A DNA stretch of 62,563 nucleotides, taken from IMG/VR virus record IMGVR_UViG_3300030333_002313; one strand, written 5' to 3'. A program made the position numbers and the translations under genes. This DNA comes from an uncultured virus (IMG/VR IMGVR_UViG_3300030333_002313) (taxonomy: Duplodnaviria; Heunggongvirae; Uroviricota; Caudoviricetes). Below the pieces are notes generated by a model that was not told the origin of the DNA, made no database searches, and saw nothing but the letters and a program-made list of their open reading frames with translations. Below, one piece after another: positions 18,401 through 27,806 of the stretch (its first letter is position 1; every line of letters starts with the position of its first letter).

Positions 18401-21400
18401 AACCTCAATCAATCTTGGTGTAGTGTAGAAGTTTACATCTAAATTATCAATGAAAGAATAGAATCTTGTATTAGGCTTAAGACGCTGAATCTTAAATGCA
18501 ATATTTCTAGAACGAATGAATGGAACTACTGTTCTTTCAATCGTCTTATCTCCTAATGACTGACGATCAATACGTGGAGTGATAATAGTTCTAATACCAG
18601 AACGTGTCTGTGATCTAGTAGTATTTGTTGTAGTTGTAGTAATCCTTCTAATATAAGGCCAATGACCTCTTCTCATAGTCCGAGTATCAGTTCTACTAGA
18701 ACTAGAAGTCCAGTTAGTTCTCCAAGAGTTCCATTGAGTTGGAACCAAACCTGTGTTTGTATCTCCACCAAATCTTTGAACTTGTGCAGTAAAGTCACCT
18801 TCTAGATTTACAACTTTATCAGGTGCACGACGTGTATCAACCCAGTCATCAGAAGAAGGATATAGATCCAATCTACCAATGTAAGCAAACACGTTGAATG
18901 GGTTTACATTCTCAACACGTGAACAATATGGTTGAACAATAAATGTTACTTCATCATATGGAAGAGTTAGAGTACCAACCTCGTGATATTTAACTCCACT
19001 AGATCCACTCTCAGTATATTGTAGTGCTACGTTAGTAGTATAGTGAGAAGCACGTAACTTACCTTCTGCAAAGTCAACAGCACAAGCAAAGTCTTCGTGC
19101 TTTGTTGCTGCTGAATCGAAAGAAGTAAAGTCATCTACAAGGAAACCATTCTTAAACTTATCAAATCCATCACTATCTTTAACAGATAGAGATGCAGTTT
19201 CCATTTCAAGTAAGTTTAATGCAGTATAATATTCTAAATTATCAACACGTCTTTCAATTAGACCGATGTCACGCATAGTGAATCGTCTGTTATTCTCTCT
19301 TACAATGTGTACTCCCTCTGGACCATAACCATAAGGTTCGTGATATAGAGTTGCAAGTAACATTGCATTATCAATATTTGCAGGAATATCATCTCCCTCA
19401 CCAGGAATACCTTTAATTATTTTAAATCCTTGCTGATCAGTTAAGAATAGTTTATCAATTCTACCGACATAATAATCATAGTCGCAACGGAAGTCAGACT
19501 CTGGCTTAGGAATGTCAATAACAGTAGCGTTATTTGCAACACCACCAGATGAGAATCCTCTATCTTTAAAGTCTAAACTTGCACAGTTAACATAGTATGG
19601 TGATCCAACAGTACCTGAACCTGATAATACTGGGGTTACAGCAGGTCTGAAATCAAGAACATCTCTTAGTTCTCTAGTTTCACCATTAAATTCAATACTT
19701 GGAATAGCAGCATAATCAATACCAACATAAGATTGTGAAGCAAAATAATCACCTGTTGCTTCGTGAGTGAACCTGTTGAATACAATCTTTAATTTACGAA
19801 GAGGTGCACTAGCCTGACTATATCTGATTAGTTTACCAATGTCATAATAGTGACCTAATTGATTAGGATCAAGGAAGAAGTTTTCAGTAATATTACGAGA
19901 ACCATTGTTGATTGAACCATCAGCATCATTAACAAGACCACTGATTACATTACCATTAGAATCAAAACCACTAACAGTCTCACCAAGTGTGAACCTATTA
20001 TTATTCTCATAAACAAAATGACAGACATATGAGACAGAGTTAAATTCTACAACACGTGCCTTTGCCTTAGATGTTTGTCCCTCAATGATAGTACCATTTT
20101 GGAAGATGGTAGCATCTTGCATCGTTAAATGAGGAATAACAGCAGCATTATCATCATTAGATTCATATACTGCGTGAATATGATATACGTCTGTAGATCC
20201 TAGTGAGATCTCTTCGTCTTCAATACGTGTACCATATAATGAACCATAAGTTAAACCATACCTGATATTGTCAGAAGAGTTGGCAGTACGCTCAACCTTC
20301 ATCACTTCCATCTCAGTAGCATTCTTTAATTTCTTCTCTGCTTGGTTTTTAGATACTGAAGTAATCAATCTAGCAGTTGTTACACCAGTCAAACCTGTAA
20401 CTGTTAAAGAAGTTCTAGGTGTACCTGTACTGTTAAATGAATGGGTTGATTCCATATCAATAACTGTACCTGCAGTTGGAGCAAGAGACACTAATTGATA
20501 ATGATCTTTATCATATGAAAGGAACTGTTCGTCTGCTGGTAATGAAATTGTAAAGTCATTAGCACCAGTAACAGTTATATCATCAAATGTACGTGCAACT
20601 ATTGCTGATTCATCAGCGATTGATTTAATAGATGCTTTAGGCATCTCAATCATAAGGTCAGCAAGTTCTGGATTATAAAGTTGAGGTCTACGTCTAACTA
20701 TAAATCCATAGTCACCATTAGCAATAGGACCAGCATTACCACCATAATTAGCACTAGTAGCACTTGTTATTTGGTTGTCAATGTTTGTTGATACTGTACT
20801 AATAGGTGTAATTTGAAGTTCATCAACACCGTTAACAGTAAGAATATCACCTGGTCTTAGATCTAACGTAAAGTTAGATTGTGTACCTGTTAAAGTACCA
20901 CCAGGATTACCATTAACATTAAAGTTAGTACCAGCAATAACTGTTTCCTGATCTAACAGTAAGTCCATCGCAAAAATGATGGCATTAGTATCAGGATCTT
21001 TACCAGTTATACCTTTAGCATCAGTAATCTCATACTTATAAAAATCAGTAAGAGTACCAATTTCTACACCATCTCTCTCGATAACTTCACCATCACGGAA
21101 GGTACCATAGACTTGGTATACCTTAATTAGATCAACACCAGTATAATCTGCTTCTACAAATGCTTTTGCTTTAGAACTACGTCCTCTAATAACGTGTCCT
21201 TGTGCAAGAGTTACATTACTACTCATCTTCATAAGAGTTAGTGGTTGTAAGTCAAACACATACGCCTTAAATACAGTATTTTGTGCATTAACTGTTGTAC
21301 CATTATGATACTCAAATGCTGCAACACGACCATATCCAACGATATTACCAGATGCAGTTAAGTTATAGTTAGGAGCATCATCTCTAAACTCAATAACCTG

Positions 21401-22651
21401 ATAGTTTTCAGTAATACTATTACCGTTAATAATAGGTGAACCCTTAACGTTATTACCTAGAAAGAAGTTACCAAGTTCAAATGGGATAATAGAGTTCTGT
21501 AATGCAACAGTGCTCCTTGATTTTTCTAGATCAACATAGGTAGGAACAAGAGTCTCAGACTCATATCCTCTAACGTATGCTTTACCTGGACCAACTTCAG
21601 TTACAAAATGTGCTTCAGATGATACTACACCACCAGGAGATTGTCTACCAGGCAGATATACACCACCATTGATACCATCATTTCTATGCTCTCTTACACG
21701 AACATCAAAATCTCTTACAGTATAATCACCAGACTCGTCAAATGTTCTTCTAGCAAGTTCCCTTGCCATCTCGTTATATGCAGTTCTCTCAACAAATGTT
21801 TCAATCTGTGATTGATTAATTCTTAATAGTTCAATAAAGTTTTTATCTGTATCATCGTCAATAACTTTCTTAACTAGACTGGTTCTGATTCTAAATCTGT
21901 GACCACCAGGAGCAGAGTAGTTAGAAGTACCAGTTGCATTGTCATTTAGACCAGGGTCATCTTCTGGAGTCACAATAGACTCAAAGATTTCTAGACCAAC
22001 CCTATAAGATGGGTAATTTGTATACTGATCAAGGATGATAGTTTGTTCAACAACGTCAACAAAATATCCACGAATAAAATATACACCTGCAGTAATTGAT
22101 GCAGTAGAACCTACAGCAGTAGAATTAGTAGGTAACAACTGTGCAAATGGAGTTCCGATCTCAATCAAAGAACTACCATAAGTGATTTCAGACTCACAAA
22201 TCAACTGTTCATTATCAACAAAGGTTGATTCTGTAGAATCTGTACCACCAGAAGTAAGATATTTAACGTATAGAGTAATATAACCACGCTCAGATTCACT
22301 AGCAGGTATAGAGAATAAAATCTTTGCCTTAACACCAGTAGTCAAACCACTGACAATCGTACCATCTAATTGAGTTCTATATTCTTCAACGTCTGCACCT
22401 AAGAATGAACCTTGAAGTATAACTGCTTTAGCGTCTAGGTCATAACCAATTTGACCTGGGATGACCATAGAGCCATCTTTAAACATATGCGAACCAAACG
22501 ATTCAACCTGATTCTGCATCAGGGATTGCATAGTAGTAAGTTCTCTCGCTTGGATAGGATATCCAGGACGGAACAGTACTCTATAAAAGTTATTCGCCTT
22601 ATCGAAATCGTCGAAATATGGCGATATATTCAGATTGGTATTCTGTGGCAT
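15437..22651 (-). CDS. VrlC-like / DUF4815 large virion structural protein (2404 aa)
   Basis: MPQNTNLNISPYFDDFD...FYRVLFRPGYPIQARELT, LARRTFDESGDY, FKNGFLVDDF, DPLAQSF and GVLFKSQNASTW motifs. Follows g8. Confidence 0.88.
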   Translation of the reverse strand: MPQNTNLNISPYFDDFDKANNFYRVLFRPGYPIQARELTTMQSLMQNQVESFGSHMFKDGSMVIPGQIGYDLDAKAVILQGSFLGADVEEYRTQLDGTIVSGLTTGVKAKILFSIPASESERGYITLYVKYLTSGGTDSTESTFVDNEQLICESEITYGSSLIEIGTPFAQLLPTNSTAVGSTASITAGVYFIRGYFVDVVEQTIILDQYTNYPSYRVGLEIFESIVTPEDDPGLNDNATGTSNYSAPGGHRFRIRTSLVKKVIDDDTDKNFIELLRINQSQIETFVERTAYNEMARELARRTFDESGDYTVRDFDVRVREHRNDGINGGVYLPGRQSPGGVVSSEAHFVTEVGPGKAYVRGYESETLVPTYVDLEKSRSTVALQNSIIPFELGNFFLGNNVKGSPIINGNSITENYQVIEFRDDAPNYNLTASGNIVGYGRVAAFEYHNGTTVNAQNTVFKAYVFDLQPLTLMKMSSNVTLAQGHVIRGRSSKAKAFVEADYTGVDLIKVYQVYGTFRDGEVIERDGVEIGTLTDFYKYEITDAKGITGKDPDTNAIIFAMDLLLDQETVIAGTNFNVNGNPGGTLTGTQSNFTLDLRPGDILTVNGVDELQITPISTVSTNIDNQITSATSANYGGNAGPIANGDYGFIVRRRPQLYNPELADLMIEMPKASIKSIADESAIVARTFDDITVTGANDFTISLPADEQFLSYDKDHYQLVSLAPTAGTVIDMESTHSFNSTGTPRTSLTVTGLTGVTTARLITSVSKNQAEKKLKNATEMEVMKVERTANSSDNIRYGLTYGSLYGTRIEDEEISLGSTDVYHIHAVYESNDDNAAVIPHLTMQDATIFQNGTIIEGQTSKAKARVVEFNSVSYVCHFVYENNNRFTLGETVSGFDSNGNVISGLVNDADGSINNGSRNITENFFLDPNQLGHYYDIGKLIRYSQASAPLRKLKIVFNRFTHEATGDYFASQSYVGIDYAAIPSIEFNGETRELRDVLDFRPAVTPVLSGSGTVGSPYYVNCASLDFKDRGFSSGGVANNATVIDIPKPESDFRCDYDYYVGRIDKLFLTDQQGFKIIKGIPGEGDDIPANIDNAMLLATLYHEPYGYGPEGVHIVRENNRRFTMRDIGLIERRVDNLEYYTALNLLEMETASLSVKDSDGFDKFKNGFLVDDFTSFDSAATKHEDFACAVDFAEGKLRASHYTTNVALQYTESGSSGVKYHEVGTLTLPYDEVTFIVQPYCSRVENVNPFNVFAYIGRLDLYPSSDDWVDTRRAPDKVVNLEGDFTAQVQRFGGDTNTGLVPTQWNSWRTNWTSSSSRTDTRTMRRGHWPYIRRITTTTTNTTRSQTRSGIRTIITPRIDRQSLGDKTIERTVVPFIRSRNIAFKIQRLKPNTRFYSFIDNLDVNFYTTPRLIEVIKNPVDDNRTNNTPFVTGEKVIGQTSGCRLLLVSPETGFDDGLSPYDGSELPTSYASTTPLLNIDTQTMSETVAGEYFGNPLETEILVGQTSGARAVVKTKRLIANTNGDMEGIIWIPNPAVSTNPRFATGTRVVRLTTSPTDSRIPGQVDSSASNTYVASGVIETKQQTILAVRNADVVRDTVVSDRIVNDNSTATRDTGWYDPLAQSFLVESKGGAFLTSADLFFNTKDNRIPVSIQIREMANGYPTTKVLAFSDVTLLPSQINLSENGTVLTKFTFPSPIYVRENREYCLVVLSDSNEYKLWISRMGEDDVTNDRTISEQPYAGVLFKSQNASTWTADQYEDLKFNLFKAEFAENTSGTAVFNNTELAIGNGGIAELRSNPIVTLKPQIKIILSDHQANFTIGAEITQTDTSPVPSAIIREVVQGVQGSSNAYIIVDDVNGTFREGVQSGQNWIYRLVSSRSLADLTLTGVTGTFNADDTLTNGTGATGMVTAWNSGTGVVSIKSVTGTFAVGDAITQDTDGSTTGSGTIASGGVAISGDDINDYPAAPISYYNQATEITVMHANHGMHDSANNVKIEGVESEVAPTIIDSAYHTNGITASDGVSGTFQLHVNDASAFHTTINGAIVGTSNPGYLIIRDPEVGQRHFEIIEYSAISADGKIITLPSGSRGKAGTAALVHSSLSIIECYNLDGIPLVEINKLHTGIGSPTLDSYKVAVTSVSTNGITNGGSNVTATQNVQFEQFYPQLQMNIFPETDVIPRLNAVSATSIKDGNNIDEASFINDGVYLDCIANEDNYLTFPKLVCSKVNEDAKLSGSKSLTMRLLLSTANKNISPIVDTDRCSLITTSNRINHIPAADSGAEKNSGDLNDAVYITKVVNLLQPANTLKVMFEAWRHPDTEIHVMYRIQPIGTSLAFDEIGYTYFNGNGLEDKSVQKTEGFLLRDLEYTYSGAEFNVAQVKVIMTSTNQAYVPEIKNLRVMALSDL

Positions 22652-22655
22652 TGTT

Positions 22656-24191
22656 TTAGAACTCTACTACGATCTTAATGTCTTCAATTTGGTCGCCAGC
22701 ACGGGAGATTGCTCTCCTATTGTCTATGTAGATGACTTTTCCAGAGTCCTTTTTCACTTCTGGCTTGGCGTAACCAGATGTAAATGACATACCAAGATCA
22801 TATTCAGTGTTGTTGATAACACGAGTCGCTTCACCAGGAACGATTGGGAAGTTAATGTCTGGGTCGGCAGAAGTACCAGATCCAGATCCAACAACAGTAT
22901 TACCTCCATCAAACACGGTTTTATTACCAGAAATTTCTGGGAAGATACCATCCACTCTGTTCTGGAAATATTTCAGAACCTTAGTTGTGCTATTCCAAGA
23001 AACAACACGTCCTCTAGCAGTCACCTGTTGACCACCAATAGTACGTGTTTGTGTAATAATTTCATCAGTATTAAATGAACCTGTGAAATCTGGAGAAAAA
23101 ATCACAGCATTAGCAGCAGATAAAGTAATAGCATCTGCTAATTCTTCAGTACCATACTTACTTGGATTCAATACTAATCCAATACGACGGTAATCATTAT
23201 CAGTAGGGAAGTCACCTGAACCTTCATCGTAGGTAAACTTCGTGTTAATCATCACTCGGAATCCACCTAACTCAATAGCTGGATTAGATCCGTGACCACC
23301 TTTAGGAGGGATGATAACGTCAATAGCACCACCAGATCCAGTACCTGCACCGATACCGTTGATCTCATCAATAATAACTTTACCAAAGGAGTAATTAGAT
23401 CCTCCAGAGGTTACAGTAGCACTAACAATGCGACCACCGTCCACCACGACACTAATCCTACCGCCCGTGCCATCTCCCTTGATCGGGATATTTTCGTACG
23501 TTCCATTGTTATATCCAGAACCAGATGATTGTATAACCACTGTATCTATCTCACCACCAACAGCGTCAGATTGTACAGCAGTATCTTGTAACACAGGCAT
23601 ATAATCGCCTGAGAAGAATTTCAAGACCTGTCCGACGGGGATAGTAAACATATACTTCCAACGATAACCGTCGGCGGTAGTAATAATAGAAGTACTAGTT
23701 CCAGTAGGTTCAACCGTTGAAGGTTTTCCGTTAGGGTCAGAGGGTGAAGTTCCATTGTATATACATTTGTAAGCTTGATACGATGAGTTGACAACATAGA
23801 AGTCAGCATCATATAGCTTAGTAGCACCAGAAGATGCAGTCTTACTGGATGAATAATCGTGACGATACATATCGTACACATAACCCAAACCACCAGTAGT
23901 TTGTTCTGGAGGTATCCAGTCGATACGACGTATGACCTGAACAGAGTCGTTTGCTAAGACTCTCTTCATAGAGATCATATCATCGTAACTATCTGAGAAT
24001 TCTTGGAAAGAATCGACAGGAGTTGGAGGGTTATTCTCATTATCCCATTCTTGTGGTCTTCCAATAAAAACATACAGACGATCACGATTTGCACCAGCAG
24101 CTATATCGCTCTGGTTCTTATCGGGACCTTCTAGCGATTTGATGAATTTTTCTGCGGTAAAAATCCTAAATTGATCGGTTAGTAATGCCAT
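22656..24191 (-). CDS. g8: Baseplate wedge subunit gp8
   Basis: LYVFIGRPQEW, YDMYRHDYS, YKCIYNG, DGYRWKYMFTI and C-terminal IYIDNRRAISRAGDQIEDIKIVVEF. Confidence 0.93.
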   Translation of the reverse strand: MALLTDQFRIFTAEKFIKSLEGPDKNQSDIAAGANRDRLYVFIGRPQEWDNENNPPTPVDSFQEFSDSYDDMISMKRVLANDSVQVIRRIDWIPPEQTTGGLGYVYDMYRHDYSSSKTASSGATKLYDADFYVVNSSYQAYKCIYNGTSPSDPNGKPSTVEPTGTSTSIITTADGYRWKYMFTIPVGQVLKFFSGDYMPVLQDTAVQSDAVGGEIDTVVIQSSGSGYNNGTYENIPIKGDGTGGRISVVVDGGRIVSATVTSGGSNYSFGKVIIDEINGIGAGTGSGGAIDVIIPPKGGHGSNPAIELGGFRVMINTKFTYDEGSGDFPTDNDYRRIGLVLNPSKYGTEELADAITLSAANAVIFSPDFTGSFNTDEIITQTRTIGGQQVTARGRVVSWNSTTKVLKYFQNRVDGIFPEISGNKTVFDGGNTVVGSGSGTSADPDINFPIVPGEATRVINNTEYDLGMSFTSGYAKPEVKKDSGKVIYIDNRRAISRAGDQIEDIKIVVEF

Positions 24192-24212
24192 TGGCTGCTT
24201 GTGCCTTCCTTT

Positions 24213-24220
24213 TATTTATA
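24213..24220 (-). promoter_or_regulatory. Late promoter TATAAATA for g8
   Basis: Perfect consensus followed by AAGGA RBS. Confidence 0.85.
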
Positions 24221-24226
24221 CTGGGT

Positions 24227-26110
24227 TTAATCAGGCTCGTTTCGAACTGCTGTAGGATACTCAATTCTTAGAGTAGTTCCTATTGCACCAGTACCAGAAC
24301 CAGTGATTAATTCATTTGAATTCCATAGGGAATTACCATTATTTTCAACTACAGAACCAACAGTAAGTTTCTTGGTCTGACTATCCCAAGCAGTTACTGT
24401 TGCTGTAATTCCTGTAATAGATCCTGTTACAGTTTCACCTACAGAATAGTATTGAGCAGCACTTTGATCAAGACTACGGAACGTAAATTCAACTGTAGCA
24501 ACGTGAGCATCACCATCACCTAATTCACCAGCAACTGATACTGTAGGAGATAGTGGAGGAACAGAACCATCAGTCATTTGGTCACCAACTGCAAACAAAG
24601 TTGTGTTAGTACCACCAAGAGTCTCTTCTATACCATAAAGTGATACTGCTATACCACCATCTAGATTTATTTCACCTTCAAAATCTGTACCTGTATTAAT
24701 TAGGTCAGGGATACCATCACCTGCACCATCTAATTCAGCGATATCTTCAAATGCTTTATCAGGTATCTCATTAAATGGATCTGTCAAAGTAACAATGTCG
24801 TTTCCAGCTGAATCGACAATGTTATGTGGAGCAACACCAGTTTGAGATGCAGCTGCAACACCACCAGTAAAGTCAATTACCTGTGATTTAACTTGTGAGC
24901 TACCACCATCAATGAATGCTAATTCATCAACTTCGAATACAAGATACAATGAACGAGTTGCTGGAATCCAATCATATACACGAGCAACTTTGTTACTTGA
25001 ACTTTCATTAGTTCTTACAACTCTATCACCAACGTTGAAGTTATATCCTGACGTACCATCACTAAGGTTTGCAAGACTATCTAAGACAACTTTCTGATCA
25101 TATCTAAAATTAAGTGCACGGTCACAACCAGTAAAGGATGTTAGTGTCTTACCTGTATAACGAATAACTTCCCTACCAAGTAGGATCTTACCTGAGCCTG
25201 GATAGGGAGTAGTTGTCTGTACATATACAGTCTGATCATCTTCACTAACATCTTTAAGAAGACCTGTTATGTCATATATTGTCGAGTTGAATGACTGTCT
25301 ATTTCTAGACTCTTTTGTGAGATCAGTGTTTCTAGTGAATAGAACTTGAGGATCACTGGAATAACCACCACCAGGATTGGTAACAGAAATATCAGTAATA
25401 GCACCCAGATCAACTGTTGCTACTGCTTTACCTCCAGATCCACCACCACCATTTAATAGAATGATAGGTGGAGTTTCATAAAACTCACCTTGATTTGATA
25501 TGTTAATAGATTTAACAATACCAAATTCATCAACCTCAGTAACACCAGTAGCACCTTGTCCACCGCCACCAGAAATAATAAGGTTAACATCACCTATTTC
25601 ATAACTGGCACCAGCCTGTTCTAATGACAAACCAGTTACCAAACCTGTTACAGGACGTAGTTCAGCACCTGATCCACCACCACCCTTTATCTCAGCAGTA
25701 GTAACATCAGAGAAGTAATCGTCTCCGTTAGATAAAACTTGAATATATTGTAACGAACCAGCTGGAGCAGTTAAATTACCATTAATATCATATTGATCTT
25801 CTTCCCATAATATTGCTTTTGCCTTAGCACCGTGTCCAGCACCTTCAGTTTCTATAATAATTCTAAATGGATCGTACCCTTCACCAGGATCCAAAACCTT
25901 AACAGCAGCGATCTGTCCTCCAGTAGAAATAACAGGCTCAAGAATAGCCTCCCTAATGGGAGTACCACATCCTGCAATCTTTAGTTGAGGTGGATCAGAG
26001 CTGTTATACCCAGTACCACCATCCACCACATAAACATCTCGAACGCCAAAAATAGAGTTAAAGAGTGGTTCAATTTTTGCTCCTGATCCTGGTACAGTTC
26101 TTGTTGCCAT
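24227..26110 (-). CDS. Baseplate-associated structural protein (627 aa)
   Basis: GxGY...GGGGSGA repeats and an EVIRYTGKT...FTGCDR module resembling segments of gp7. Located in the baseplate cluster. Confidence 0.8.
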   Translation of the reverse strand: MATRTVPGSGAKIEPLFNSIFGVRDVYVVDGGTGYNSSDPPQLKIAGCGTPIREAILEPVISTGGQIAAVKVLDPGEGYDPFRIIIETEGAGHGAKAKAILWEEDQYDINGNLTAPAGSLQYIQVLSNGDDYFSDVTTAEIKGGGGSGAELRPVTGLVTGLSLEQAGASYEIGDVNLIISGGGGQGATGVTEVDEFGIVKSINISNQGEFYETPPIILLNGGGGSGGKAVATVDLGAITDISVTNPGGGYSSDPQVLFTRNTDLTKESRNRQSFNSTIYDITGLLKDVSEDDQTVYVQTTTPYPGSGKILLGREVIRYTGKTLTSFTGCDRALNFRYDQKVVLDSLANLSDGTSGYNFNVGDRVVRTNESSSNKVARVYDWIPATRSLYLVFEVDELAFIDGGSSQVKSQVIDFTGGVAAASQTGVAPHNIVDSAGNDIVTLTDPFNEIPDKAFEDIAELDGAGDGIPDLINTGTDFEGEINLDGGIAVSLYGIEETLGGTNTTLFAVGDQMTDGSVPPLSPTVSVAGELGDGDAHVATVEFTFRSLDQSAAQYYSVGETVTGSITGITATVTAWDSQTKKLTVGSVVENNGNSLWNSNELITGSGTGAIGTTLRIEYPTAVRNEPD

Positions 26111-26113
26111 TTA

Positions 26114-27775
26114 TCATTTTACGGTAATTGTTCCGTTCATATCAGAGTGTGATGTGCACTGATAATATAAGGTATTTGGTGCATCAAATGGAACGGTAAA
26201 GGTTTGCATACCTGTGTTGGATCCACTAATACCAGTTGTATACTCTGTACCAGATAGTCCAGAAGTAGACTGAATTCTTAATGGATGTGATCCACCTGCT
26301 TGGTTGTGCAAGTCATAAGTGAATCCTCTATGGAATACTAATCCAGCATTAGATACGTTAGATCCTAATCCAGGACCATTAACTGTATATGCACTCATCC
26401 CAGATGCAGTAAACCTATAAAGTAATGTTGGAGATGGCTTGTAGATAGTTGCATTATCGTGACCCTTAATGATAGATGCACCAGCAGGAGCATTACCTAT
26501 CTGAGTCTGGAATCCACCACCAACTTCAGTGAAGTTAGTACCATCATTTGCAACATCTAAAGTACCATTAGTACCAATCTTCATTCTCTTAGTACCAATC
26601 TTGATCTCACCATCAGCAGGGAGTTCAAGGTTTCCATCAGAATCAATCTTAAGTTTTCTGGTAGAAGCACCAAATCTAATTTCTCCATCAGGAACTGTTA
26701 GGTTACCAGAGGAGTCCATTGCCAATTTGTGAGTAGTACCAAATTGAATTTCAGTATCCTGATCAAGAACTAAGTTATCATTACCATCAAATTCTATAAG
26801 TTTCTTAGAACCAGAAGCACCGAAACGTAGTTTTGATCCAGTAAGTTCTAAGACACCTGAGTCATCAAAGAACAATTTATTACCACCACCAAAGTCTAAA
26901 TCCTGAGCACCAATATCAACTTTACCAGACTCATCTTCACTTAGAAGACGGTTGACTGAAGTGATATGAACAGGATTTGAAACAGATAATTCTTGAGATT
27001 GGTTAGCACCAACAGCAGCTACTTGGATGTAACCACGTGCTGCACCTGCTTCAGCAGTGAATGAAGTAAACTCAACCTCTGCTTTAGCACCAGTTGAATC
27101 TTCAATTTCTAATTTTGTTCCAGCCTTCATAGCATTGAAACGTAATCTAAACTTCTCTTCTTGTGTAGAATCTTCTGAAGATAATTTAGAAGCAATGGTA
27201 CGAGTAGCACCAGTGTCGATACTATTAACTGTATGTGGTTGTTTCTTCTTACGTTGCATCTCCTGAGTAGTAGGCTCAGTAGATAATGCAGTATCACCCA
27301 ACCAAAGTGAAGAGTTAACTAAGTAAGCATCTCTGAAACGCAATGTAGAAGAACCCAAGTCGAATGCGTTATCAGTGTTAGGTAGAAGGTGAGTATCTAT
27401 AACAACATTACCTGATCCATTATTGGATAGATTGTTGATAGTTGAACCACCGCCACCACCACCTTGTAGATCGTCGCCTGGCTGCCAGCGAGCATTAGCA
27501 GTATTCCACTTAAGAACCTGTCCGTTAGTAACCCCGCTAACGTCCACGTCAGTAAGATTTGATGCTGCTAATTGTCCCTCCGTAAACGTACTACCATTCC
27601 ATTTAAGGACTTGGTTCGTTGAGGGTGATGCGATTGTTATTTGCAGGTTAGTATTATCTCCAAGAGCAGAGTATAACTCATCTATAACGTTATTGAGTTT
27701 AATAGCACCGTCTCGTAAGGTATCACCTGTTCCATCATTGGCACTTACGCCGATATTAAGGTTCTGTTTAGCCAT
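26114..27775 (-). CDS. gp9/gp10-like baseplate-fibre connector with C-terminal cupredoxin-like domain
   Basis: N-terminal IGVSANDGTGDTLRDGAIKLN...ELY (gp9/10 signature), LPNTDNAFDLGS fibre motif, ~21-aa DxxGNL repeats and C-terminal LYYQCTSHSDM. Confidence 0.82.
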   Translation of the reverse strand: MAKQNLNIGVSANDGTGDTLRDGAIKLNNVIDELYSALGDNTNLQITIASPSTNQVLKWNGSTFTEGQLAASNLTDVDVSGVTNGQVLKWNTANARWQPGDDLQGGGGGGSTINNLSNNGSGNVVIDTHLLPNTDNAFDLGSSTLRFRDAYLVNSSLWLGDTALSTEPTTQEMQRKKKQPHTVNSIDTGATRTIASKLSSEDSTQEEKFRLRFNAMKAGTKLEIEDSTGAKAEVEFTSFTAEAGAARGYIQVAAVGANQSQELSVSNPVHITSVNRLLSEDESGKVDIGAQDLDFGGGNKLFFDDSGVLELTGSKLRFGASGSKKLIEFDGNDNLVLDQDTEIQFGTTHKLAMDSSGNLTVPDGEIRFGASTRKLKIDSDGNLELPADGEIKIGTKRMKIGTNGTLDVANDGTNFTEVGGGFQTQIGNAPAGASIIKGHDNATIYKPSPTLLYRFTASGMSAYTVNGPGLGSNVSNAGLVFHRGFTYDLHNQAGGSHPLRIQSTSGLSGTEYTTGISGSNTGMQTFTVPFDAPNTLYYQCTSHSDMNGTITVK

Positions 27776-27799
27776 AGTAGTGGGGTTTTTCTACAGTTT

Positions 27800-27806
27800 T
27801 ATTTAT
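27800..27806 (-). promoter_or_regulatory. Late promoter (ATAAATA) for the gp9-like gene
   Basis: Overlaps the upstream stop codon, about 25 nt before ATG 27775. Confidence 0.65.
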